Source of the DNA: a virus
Lineage: Duplodnaviria > Caudoviricetes
Virus record (IMG/VR): IMGVR_UViG_3300033565_000090
Location: 1-62,347 of that record
Strand: one strand, 5' to 3'
DNA length: 62,347 nucleotides
The position numbers were made by a program, and so were the translations under genes. This document shows positions 47,120 through 54,922 of this stretch, piece after piece. Each line of letters opens with the position of its first letter. Position 1 is the stretch's first letter. The notes beneath the pieces are model-generated. The model was given only the letters and a program-made list of their open reading frames with translations, did no database searches and had not been told where the DNA came from.

Positions 47120-47735
47120 GGAAGCTGCCAAGCCCGTGCGCTCTCTGGAGTGCTGCTGCTGCGGGGCTGGAACCCGTGGCCGTCAGTGGTGGAACCGAGA
47201 CACCGGCTATGGACTGTGCGAGGGCTGCGCGGAGCGCCTGCCCTCGCGTGGCGTCCCTGCCGAGGAGATGCGCGACCTCTACGGGATTCGGGGCGTGCAT
47301 TACGACCTGGAGCACCAGGCGCCCAAGCCTGAAAATGCGATGCGGGAAGTCCTGTCCCGGGTTCTCGCGGCTGAATGCCAGAGTTGTGGATCGGTAGGGG
47401 CGTTCCAGGTTGAGGACAAGATAACGGATCGCCGCACCTGGGATATCAGCGAGACCGGCGTGAGCAAGGTGCCAACGATCACCCAGGTGGACGCCGAGCC
47501 CTACAGAATTTCCTGTCAGTGCTGCGGCGAATCCCTGGAGGTGGCTGACGATGATCTTCAGGCCCTCGTGGATGGTGTGGAAGAAACCGATGTAAGTGCC
47601 CCCGCGCCGGATTCACTAGAGGCCCTGAAGGCTTTCGCGGGAACGGATAACTTCCGCGGCTGGCACGCGAAGTATCACACGGCGATCGAACTCGCCCGCG
47701 CCGCTATCGCCCGGGCAGAAGGGAGGCAGTCATGA
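47103..47735 (+). CDS. Cys-rich protein with two Zn-ribbon-like modules
   Basis: CCCCG..WWNRDTGYGLCEGC and CQSC..CQCC; GGAGG SD. Confidence 0.65.
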   Translation: MSGIDKEAAKPVRSLECCCCGAGTRGRQWWNRDTGYGLCEGCAERLPSRGVPAEEMRDLYGIRGVHYDLEHQAPKPENAMREVLSRVLAAECQSCGSVGAFQVEDKITDRRTWDISETGVSKVPTITQVDAEPYRISCQCCGESLEVADDDLQALVDGVEETDVSAPAPDSLEALKAFAGTDNFRGWHAKYHTAIELARAAIARAEGRQS

Positions 47736-47878
47736 ACCGCAGACGCACCATTCACCTGAGCCGAGTGGGCCTGCATGATCGCCGGGTGCGCTGGGCAGAT
47801 CGGCGCCAGCACACTGGAATGTTCCGCTGGCTCTGGATCCCAGTGCCTGATCTGTGGTTCCGGTTCTGGGCCAGGTGA
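47732..47878 (+). CDS. 48-aa Arg/Trp-rich peptide (not in the ORF track)
   Basis: MNRRRTIHLSRVGLHDRRVRWADRRQHTGMFRWLWIPVPDLWFRFWAR; GGGAGG SD and ATGA overlap. Confidence 0.5.
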   Translation: MNRRRTIHLSRVGLHDRRVRWADRRQHTGMFRWLWIPVPDLWFRFWAR

Positions 47879-48240
47879 CGCCAATGAACCGCCTGACCTA
47901 CATCCTCCTGGCGCTTCTCTTCGCGGCCATCTACGGGAAGCACCCCCATGCTTAGCTGCCAGTGTCTGGACTGCCTGTATGCCCGAGCCCGCGCCGAGAA
48001 GGTGTGGGCCTGGGCGGCAGTGTGGGAGTTATCGCTGGGCTGAAGATCGAACTCATCCCCATGCCGCCCCGGAAGGGGCTTTTGGGGTGTAAGCGACAAA
48101 CCTATTCCAGGAGGTGCCTCATGCGCTTCAGTGCCTAAACAGCGTGCCCAGTTATCCCGATTGTGAGGGCGGCCACGAGACGCGAATGGGCCGCCCTCAC
48201 GCTTTGAAACCGGCTTCACATCCCAGAGGGAATTTCAGCG

Positions 48241-48564
48241 ATGCCTCACAAGCACAGAAAACCACCCATCACACTGCCACCCTATGACCAGGATTTAGCG
48301 GACCAGGTTTACAAATCCCGAACCGTCATCATCAACGGCGAATCGATCCCCACACACTACCTGGTTGCCGCGAGGCTTGAGGAGCTGGAGCGAACCATCG
48401 AGGCCTCGCCCTATCTGGATGCCGTGATTCTGGCGCGCCAAGTCCACCGCTACCGAGCTGTCCTGGTACGGCAGATTGGTGACCACCGGAAGTGCCCAGA
48501 GTGCGGACACACCTTTGTCCCGATGGACTCAACCTCTCAGGAGGCCATCGACGCCATCAAGTAG
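48241..48564 (+). CDS. Hypothetical protein with C-terminal CPECGH Zn ribbon
   Basis: 107-aa ORF followed by a terminator. Confidence 0.6.
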   Translation: MPHKHRKPPITLPPYDQDLADQVYKSRTVIINGESIPTHYLVAARLEELERTIEASPYLDAVILARQVHRYRAVLVRQIGDHRKCPECGHTFVPMDSTSQEAIDAIK

Positions 48565-48586
48565 AGCCAGAGGCACCACACCGCCC

Positions 48587-48613
48587 AGCCCCGGCCCTCC
48601 GGGGCTTTTCTTT
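48587..48613 (+). terminator. Rho-independent terminator
   Basis: AGCCCCGG-CCCT-CCGGGGCT then TTTCTTT; separates convergent operons. Confidence 0.8.
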
Positions 48614-48815
48614 ACCCGCGCACCCGCCGCGCCTGGCTACTCAGCCAGTAGACCAGGTAGCCACCCCCACCTAGCGCCAGGGCCCAGAGTGGCAGGGCCA
48701 GCAGCATCCGGTCGCCGACGACTGCCGGCACACCCAGCACCACCAGGGCCAGGATGCCAACCATCACGGGCAGGATGAGGAGATCGAGCATCCATCCGAG
48801 CAGCTTTTTACCCAT
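48612..48815 (-). CDS. Small two-TM membrane protein
   Basis: MGKKLLGWML start with GGAGGG SD; two hydrophobic helices. Confidence 0.6.
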   Translation of the reverse strand: MGKKLLGWMLDLLILPVMVGILALVVLGVPAVVGDRMLLALPLWALALGGGGYLVYWLSSQARRVRG

Positions 48816-48884
48816 GGCGCCCTCCACTCCGCCAAAGATACACCCCTCTGCGATTGGATGCACATCAATCGGCATGGTTGCGCC

Positions 48885-49604
48885 CTACGCATAAACCTCG
48901 CGCCGCTGGGACTGCCTCATGGGCCGCGTCTGCGCGGCAACCGCTGGGAGCGTCACACGCCATCCGCCACGGGTAGCAACCACGGCATCCCCCAACCGTG
49001 TCAGGGCGGTCAGGGTCCGCAGATCTGGCGCCAGCTCCGCTAGGTCCGGCGCCAGCAGGTCCAGGATGATCGTGCGGCCGTCCGAGAAATCGAAGCTCAC
49101 TCCCACCCGGTCGTGGTCCGTGGTCCGGGCCCGCAGGTCTGCCAGCAGCGCCGAGAGTGACCCGACCAGGTGCGGGGCTGATGGCCCCAGAACCATGACG
49201 TTCGGCGCCCGATCCAGGAGCGTCACGTCGCCGCCGTCCTCCTCCACCTGGGCAATGGCGTCCGCCAGGTGAATGGGATGCTGGCTCATGGTGCAGGCCT
49301 CCATGCTCTCCACCAGCGCCGCCGCCCTGCCCTGGCTGTCCAGCAGCTCTAGCAGCGCCGCCTCGGTCGCCTGCAGGTCGTTGATCTGTTTCAGAGCATG
49401 GCGGATGATCCGGCCATTGACCGTTGAGGTGTCGCGCAGCGCAGCCCTCACACTTTGCCCCCGGGATTCCTCGGCCTCCCGGAGGCGCCGTTCTGCGTCC
49501 AGGCGCATGGTGTATTCCAGGCGCACCCGCCGCGCCCCCATGGCTGCACCCGCGACGAGGGCGATGGCAATTCCGATCAATTCGAGCGTGGCGCGGAGAT
49601 GCAC
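48885..49604 (-). CDS. Membrane-anchored degenerate histidine-kinase-like protein
   Basis: N-terminal TM, coiled coil, H-box-like IIRHALKQ (His69), HATPase-like LADAIAQV...LSALLADL...GGWRVTLP without N-box Asn or G-boxes. Confidence 0.55.
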   Translation of the reverse strand: MHLRATLELIGIAIALVAGAAMGARRVRLEYTMRLDAERRLREAEESRGQSVRAALRDTSTVNGRIIRHALKQINDLQATEAALLELLDSQGRAAALVESMEACTMSQHPIHLADAIAQVEEDGGDVTLLDRAPNVMVLGPSAPHLVGSLSALLADLRARTTDHDRVGVSFDFSDGRTIILDLLAPDLAELAPDLRTLTALTRLGDAVVATRGGWRVTLPAVAAQTRPMRQSQRREVYA

Positions 49605-50173
49605 GATGAAACTCCGATTCCAAGAATGACTACAGCGGAAGCATAGTTAAAAACATCCCATAAAACAATCAACGAATTGGCATTATTCCTAAGCATGGTT
49701 GAGAAGTAGAACATCGCAACAGCGCCAGCAGCAGCCTTGATAAAAATGCCAGCAGGCAACACAAACTCAATATCCATCAATCCCCTACCAGCATGAACGG
49801 CACGGGATAGATAGAACAGACTCCAGGCCGCCAGCCACGCCACCTCAAAGGTCGAGAACCAGCGATCCGGAGCAGAGATACCACCGTTGAGATACATAAC
49901 AATGGGCCAAATCAGGATCGGGATTAAGGCCATGAGCCTCTTGCCGAATCCGGCACATTGAATAAAGGCAAGAGGAAGCGCAATCGACTCAAAAAGACAA
50001 GCGATGTTGATCACGTAGAGGTTGTGGTGCCCCATTTCGGCGATGATATTCGCGGAAACATCCAGAAACAGCCCCCCACCCAGCGCCGCAAGCAGCGCCC
50101 TGGGAGCTCTCCGCGCTAGAACGACGGCTGCCCCCTGGGCTGCAAGACTGACGGCGACGCTGGCGGGAAGCAT
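49577..50173 (-). CDS. Multipass (about 6-7 TM) membrane protein, putative receptor
   Basis: Hydrophobic throughout; HNLYVINIACLFE and EFVLPAGIFI motifs; lower GC than flanks. Confidence 0.7.
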   Translation of the reverse strand: MLPASVAVSLAAQGAAVVLARRAPRALLAALGGGLFLDVSANIIAEMGHHNLYVINIACLFESIALPLAFIQCAGFGKRLMALIPILIWPIVMYLNGGISAPDRWFSTFEVAWLAAWSLFYLSRAVHAGRGLMDIEFVLPAGIFIKAAAGAVAMFYFSTMLRNNANSLIVLWDVFNYASAVVILGIGVSSCISAPRSN

Positions 50174-50185
50174 GTATCACCTCAA

Positions 50186-50608
50186 TCAAGGGAGAGTGGG
50201 GACATCAACGCAGTAGGGCGGGCAGGGCCTGGAGCGATCAAGGAACATCAAGGGCTCGCCACCCTCCGTTTCGCCTGCGATTACGAGCGCCGGGGATCCG
50301 TCCTCAGCCAGCGCGTAGTAGACCCGCACGGTCTTGACGGCGCGATTGGCGACCAGGGCCCGCAGCGCCGCCGCGTTAAATGCGTGGGACGTGGGAGAGG
50401 GGTTCACCGTGGCCTCAGCCTGGAACCGCTGGCCCGCCTGGTTGGTGACGGCCATCTGAGCCGTCTGGAACCGGGCGATCATGGCCTTGGCCTGACCAGG
50501 TTCAATCAGGTGGACCGCCGCTGCCTCATCGGCGGCAAAGGCGGGCGGCATGGGAGCCGCATAGGCGGCGAAGCCCACCACCAGGGAGAGAAGAAGGGCC
50601 TTGATCAT
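50186..50608 (-). CDS. Secreted protein with C-terminal PCPPYC motif
   Basis: Signal peptide MIKALLLSLVVGFAAYA; VRVYYA..DG..ALVIAG; DRSRPCPPYC; GGAGG SD. Confidence 0.8.
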   Translation of the reverse strand: MIKALLLSLVVGFAAYAAPMPPAFAADEAAAVHLIEPGQAKAMIARFQTAQMAVTNQAGQRFQAEATVNPSPTSHAFNAAALRALVANRAVKTVRVYYALAEDGSPALVIAGETEGGEPLMFLDRSRPCPPYCVDVPTLP

Positions 50609-50668
50609 ATGGTACCTCCATAGAGAAGCCGGTCATCCGGCCCTCCCAGGGTTAGGCAAAACTTGGAA

Positions 50669-51409
50669 CTAGGCCAGCAAAATCGAAAGGACTACCTGGA
50701 ACTTGGAACGACTCGCAGGGTCCATCTCATCCAGCAGGCCCGACACCCGCAACAGCACCTGGGTTTTCTCCACCGCGTTCCACGGGTTCTTACGCAGGGC
50801 TCCGGCTGCATCCACCAGGGCCAGGGCCAGGGCTAGCGTCTCTGGGTTGGTGTGGTTTGCCCCATTCGCCGCAGGCTTCACCGACGATGACGATGACTGC
50901 ACGAGCAGTCTGGGGCTCAGGTTCAAAACCATCGCCAGCGAGTCGAGATCGTCATCCGTAGGCTCGACCAGGCCCGCGAGGATCCGCAAGCAGTAAGCCA
51001 TATCCCAGTGACTCAGGCGCTTGGCCATGGCATGGACAAGATCTCTGGGAGCCCAATTGAACCGCCCCAGCGTGACGCGAACACGGCCGGCAGGCCCGGG
51101 CGGGATGGGCCCATCAGCGGGCCCAATGCCATACACCAGGTAGTCCTCAGTGGTCTGCAGCACCGCGACCAGGTTCTCGAGGTTCGAGGCCCTGGGAATG
51201 GTCCCAGCTTCCCATTCGCAAATAGAATTCTTGGATCGACCAACCGCTAAACCAAGCTCCTCTTGCCGGGATATTCCAAGCTCAAGTCGCCTAGTGCGGA
51301 GCCTTTCCCCGAATTGGATGGACTTTTCAGCCGCCAAAAATTCCCTCTTGAAAGTTGGAATTTGGGGATGTAAGTTTGATTCACGTTCATGCGGGTGCTG
51401 GGCGTTCAT
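50669..51409 (-). CDS. XRE-family regulator (second repressor-like, possible second HTH)
   Basis: FGERLRTRRLELGISRQEELGLAVGRSKNSICEWEAG..P. Confidence 0.8.
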   Translation of the reverse strand: MNAQHPHERESNLHPQIPTFKREFLAAEKSIQFGERLRTRRLELGISRQEELGLAVGRSKNSICEWEAGTIPRASNLENLVAVLQTTEDYLVYGIGPADGPIPPGPAGRVRVTLGRFNWAPRDLVHAMAKRLSHWDMAYCLRILAGLVEPTDDDLDSLAMVLNLSPRLLVQSSSSSVKPAANGANHTNPETLALALALVDAAGALRKNPWNAVEKTQVLLRVSGLLDEMDPASRSKFQVVLSILLA

Positions 51410-51551
51410 AGCTCCAACCTGCTGACGTTTGCCCTGCTACTGCTGGGCGAATTTCTCATACCCCAAAAAGCAACATTCATTCTATCGCACCAAGTCAACT
51501 CGTCCCAAAAATCCAAGCTACCCACCTGAAAGTTGGAAATGGTCAGCATGT

Positions 51552-52022
51552 TCATCCCCGCACAGCGGCCCGAATCTCTTTCACGAGCCGATCATCCAGC
51601 ACCTCACGCCCCCGGGAAACCAGGGAGTAGGCCAACCCAAGGGCCCGGCCCAGCGCATCGGGCGACAGTCGGGGCTCGCCTTCCAGCGCCCTCACGATGC
51701 TGGCCACCAGCACCCAGTCGGTCTCTGGGGCTCCGCCTTCCTCTTGCCGAGGAGGCAGGCGCCTGGCGATGTCGGCCCGGCGTTGCCGGTCGCCCAGGGG
51801 AGCGACGTAGGGCCCCTCTTCCCCCTGCCCATCCCGCAGCCACTCCACCCGCTTGTTCAGAAGATAGGCCATGTCGTCAAAATCCGTGGGCTTCTGCGGC
51901 ATGGTCAAACCCTGCTCCCACTTGGAGATGGTGAACCGATGAACCCGCATCTTTTCGGACAACTCCACCTGTGTCCATCCCTTCTCGGTGCGTGCCTTGG
52001 CGAGTCGATCCCCGAATTTCAT
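51552..52022 (-). CDS. CI-like XRE repressor without a peptidase domain
   Basis: FGDRLAKARTEKGWTQVELSEKMRVHRFTISKWEQG; divergent from the Cro-like gene. Confidence 0.8.
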   Translation of the reverse strand: MKFGDRLAKARTEKGWTQVELSEKMRVHRFTISKWEQGLTMPQKPTDFDDMAYLLNKRVEWLRDGQGEEGPYVAPLGDRQRRADIARRLPPRQEEGGAPETDWVLVASIVRALEGEPRLSPDALGRALGLAYSLVSRGREVLDDRLVKEIRAAVRG

Positions 52023-52041
52023 ATGATTCCCCTTGCGTGAA

Positions 52042-52057
52042 GTATCCAAATGGATAT
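52042..52057. promoter_or_regulatory. Operator GTATCCAAATGGATAT in the cI/cro gap
   Basis: Matches the 16-bp consensus; partial site at 52108-52123. Confidence 0.7.
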
Positions 52058-52161
52058 GCTCTCTTGTATGTGTTGGTGTCTGGTTTGGATCATCTGACTA
52101 CCAAACTTTAACCATTCGCATACCAAAGTCAACCCTGAACCATGAAATAAGTTGGAGAAAC

Positions 52162-52392
52162 ATGAACCTCCCCGAGCCCAACTCCTTCGCAAACCGTGTG
52201 AAACGGGCGCGCCTCCTGAAGGGGCTCACCCAGAACGAGGTAGCCAAGAAGCTCAAGCTGCGCGTGTCAACGGTGGCTAACTGGGAAACCCAGATCGCCG
52301 AGCCCTTCCCCCGCAACCTCGCCGCCCTGGCGAAGCTGCTGGATGTATCCATCGAGTGGTTGGCCAGCGGGGACACCCCCGCCAATCCCTAG
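52162..52392 (+). CDS. Cro-like XRE regulator
   Basis: 76 aa; FANRVKRARLLKGLTQNEVAKKLKLRVSTVANWET; GGAG SD. Confidence 0.85.
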   Translation: MNLPEPNSFANRVKRARLLKGLTQNEVAKKLKLRVSTVANWETQIAEPFPRNLAALAKLLDVSIEWLASGDTPANP

Positions 52393-52469
52393 TTCAAGGC
52401 CGATACTCGGCGCGGCCCACCCGAGTATCCATTCGCCTATCTCTCCCTTTGGGCACCAGGAGCACCGAG

Positions 52470-52616
52470 ATGCCAAACCTTCCCCACCAGTTCCAACCCT
52501 GCGGGACCATCCGCTTCCGGGCAGAGGGCCCGGAGTTCAAGGCCTTCACCGCCGAGGGTCGCACCTACTACTGGTCCCCCATCGCCTACCGCCTCATCCC
52601 CGTGGTGGCCCGATGA
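52470..52616 (+). CDS. Small hypothetical protein
   Basis: AGGAG SD; ATGA coupling to the next gene. Confidence 0.5.
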   Translation: MPNLPHQFQPCGTIRFRAEGPEFKAFTAEGRTYYWSPIAYRLIPVVAR

Positions 52617-52861
52617 AGCCCGCCGTGATCCCCTTCGTCAGCGTCCGCTGCGCACCCTCTAAGGTTGCCAAGGTGACCGCCACATGGCAGAGGTTCGGCC
52701 CCTTCCCGGAGGTCGTGTTCGAGGTTCAGGCCTACCAGGGCGCCAACGCGCACCTGGTCCCCCCCAACATCCGCCACAACGTCTCCTCCCTGCCCAGCAG
52801 CACCCAGGAAAGCCTGGATGCCGCCTTCAACGAAATCCTCCTCGCGGGGCAAGTCGGATGA
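52613..52861 (+). CDS. Hypothetical protein
   Basis: Start MKPAVI; ATGA overlaps. Confidence 0.55.
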   Translation: MKPAVIPFVSVRCAPSKVAKVTATWQRFGPFPEVVFEVQAYQGANAHLVPPNIRHNVSSLPSSTQESLDAAFNEILLAGQVG

Positions 52862-53139
52862 GCGATACCCCTACCGCCGCCGCCCGGGCCGCCCGGATTG
52901 AGGGCGCCCTTCAGGCCTACCAAACCGCCCTTGGAGAAACCTTCGACACCCCCACCGAGTCTGTGGTGAACCTGCTCACGGATCTCCACCACTTCTGCCA
53001 CGTCAACAATGTGGACCTGGACGACTGCATCTATGTTGCCCAGGAGTGCGCCGCCCAGGAGAGCGAAGGCCCCTCGCCTCTGCCCATCAACGTCCAGGGG
53101 AAGCTGAACCTGCTTCTCCAACCGGGCCAGCAGGCATGA
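52858..53139 (+). CDS. Hypothetical helical protein
   Basis: VVNLLTDLHHFC motif; ATGA overlaps. Confidence 0.6.
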   Translation: MSDTPTAAARAARIEGALQAYQTALGETFDTPTESVVNLLTDLHHFCHVNNVDLDDCIYVAQECAAQESEGPSPLPINVQGKLNLLLQPGQQA

Positions 53140-53420
53140 CCTCCTACTATCTCGTCTCCTTCAAAGGCCTCGGCGTCACCACGACCACCGAGCGCTGCGG
53201 GAGCCTGATTTCTGCCGTGTTCTTCGCCGCCCGCAAGGCTGGGCGCCTGCGCCTTGCCTACCACCGCATCACCGTAGAGTTCCTTGAAGACGGCCAGCCC
53301 CCCGAACTGGTCGAAGCCTGGGAGCGTCCCAGGGGCACCATCACCTGGCGCCCCGTCAGCATCGACCGTCCCATCGGCTACGCCCGCTACAACCTGCCCC
53401 TGATTCCCGCCAACACCTAG
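53136..53420 (+). CDS. Hypothetical protein
   Basis: Start MTSYYL; ATGA overlap. Confidence 0.55.
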   Translation: MTSYYLVSFKGLGVTTTTERCGSLISAVFFAARKAGRLRLAYHRITVEFLEDGQPPELVEAWERPRGTITWRPVSIDRPIGYARYNLPLIPANT

Positions 53421-53466
53421 CCCCAGGGGCCGCCCTTCCCCACCTCTTCCTCTCTTTGGAGCTGGA

Positions 53467-53805
53467 ATGCCATCGGCCTATACCAAGATTGCCCCCAAGT
53501 CCATCCAGGCCGGGCTCATCGCGCGCGGAGATCGACTCTACGCGCGCGGGATCCTCCTGCGAGTGCTGGCCCGCGACATGAAACTCGACGGGCGCATCCG
53601 CCTGGTATTGGAGCACCCGGACGGCGACCGCATCTATCGCACCTTCCCGGCCCACAAGTATCTGGAGATCGTCCCCGGAGACACCACCCTCGCCAAGGCT
53701 CGGCACCTCCTGGAAATGGCGGTCCAGTTCCTGGGGTTCTCCAATCCCCTGCGCAAGGCCATCGATCGGTATCTCGAGGATACCGATGCGGAGCCCGCGC
53801 CATGA
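53467..53805 (+). CDS. Hypothetical protein
   Basis: GGAG SD; co-oriented. Confidence 0.6.
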   Translation: MPSAYTKIAPKSIQAGLIARGDRLYARGILLRVLARDMKLDGRIRLVLEHPDGDRIYRTFPAHKYLEIVPGDTTLAKARHLLEMAVQFLGFSNPLRKAIDRYLEDTDAEPAP

Positions 53806-53886
53806 AGCACGTCCTCACCGTGCTCTACGCCCTGGCCTGCCTCCTCGTCCTCCTAATCTGCCTGCCCATGCCCCACGGAGGCTCCC

Positions 53887-54147
53887 GTGACTGACCTTCG
53901 TATCGAACGCTGTCCCTACTGCAAGTCCTTCCATGTGGTGCTGGAACTGCGCCCCTGCAATTCCTACGTGAAGGATGGCGCCACCACCTACTTCATCAAC
54001 GTGACCCAAATGCGCTGCGAGTCCTGCCTTCGGGTCTGGGACCGGAAGGCCATGCGCGGCGTGGGGATGACCTTTCCGCCCCCGGAGCCCCGGGGGTTCT
54101 GGGATCGCCTCTACAACCTGATCCACCCAGCAAAGGACGGAGAATGA
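53887..54147 (+). CDS. Zn-ribbon protein
   Basis: CPYC...CESC; GGAGG SD. Confidence 0.6.
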   Translation: MTDLRIERCPYCKSFHVVLELRPCNSYVKDGATTYFINVTQMRCESCLRVWDRKAMRGVGMTFPPPEPRGFWDRLYNLIHPAKDGE

Positions 54148-54647
54148 CCGCCTTCACCCCCCTTACCCCCATTTCCCTGGCCGTGGCCATGGAGTTGCAG
54201 CGCCGCGCCCAGGCCGATCCGGAGATCACCATCCTGGATGCCCTCCAAGGGATGTTGAATGACCGACCCAACCTGGACCTTCAGGGCGCCAAGCCCGTCG
54301 CAGCCCAGATCAACGACCTCATGGACGTGACGGCGCCGCCCCCCGACCGGGCCCGCATGGTGCTCATGGTGGCCCTTCCCGGGAATACCGGCGTCCTCTT
54401 CACCGCCAGCGAGATCCTGCTGTCGGACGTGAAGCTCCTGCCCCGCTCCCCGGTGCTCCACATGGCCGCCAAGCTGGCCGCCTCCATGGACCAGTCCTGG
54501 GAGGAGTTCCGCCACGCCGTATGCTCTATCCCCGTGCCCGAGCCCAACCGCATCGTGGGCGCCAACGGCATCCCCTTCGACTCCCGCCCCGCTGCCGGCC
54601 CGACCCCCGCCCAACTCAAGGACTTCCTGCCCGGGGGCCACCCGTGA
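54144..54647 (+). CDS. Hypothetical protein
   Basis: ATGA-coupled 167-aa ORF. Confidence 0.6.
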   Translation: MTAFTPLTPISLAVAMELQRRAQADPEITILDALQGMLNDRPNLDLQGAKPVAAQINDLMDVTAPPPDRARMVLMVALPGNTGVLFTASEILLSDVKLLPRSPVLHMAAKLAASMDQSWEEFRHAVCSIPVPEPNRIVGANGIPFDSRPAAGPTPAQLKDFLPGGHP

Positions 54648-54922
54648 CCTGGCGGCGATGGTGGAGACTCCACTTCAATTTCAACCGCGAGTCATGGGAC
54701 GAAATCTCGACGCTCCTGGGCCTCATCCTCATGCTCCTCATCAGTCTGGTGCTGAATTGGTTGTTGCCCTGACCCCGGAGGGCTGGGCCAAGGTGTCCGC
54801 CCTCACCTTTCACCTGAAATGCCCCGAGACGCGGGCCCACCAGTTGCTGGTGCTCGAATCCGCGCTCATCCCCCTTTTCACCAAGGCCATGGAACAGGCC
54901 CGAACCACCCAAGGAGAACCGC

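Noticed and set aside
48090-48160. c-di-GMP-I riboswitch (GACAAACC...GCCTAAAC)
   Set aside because: Lacks the GNRA tetraloop and GCAAA junction; the resemblance is superficial.
51416-51447. Third iteron array
   Set aside because: The TGCT words here have no 11-bp periodicity.
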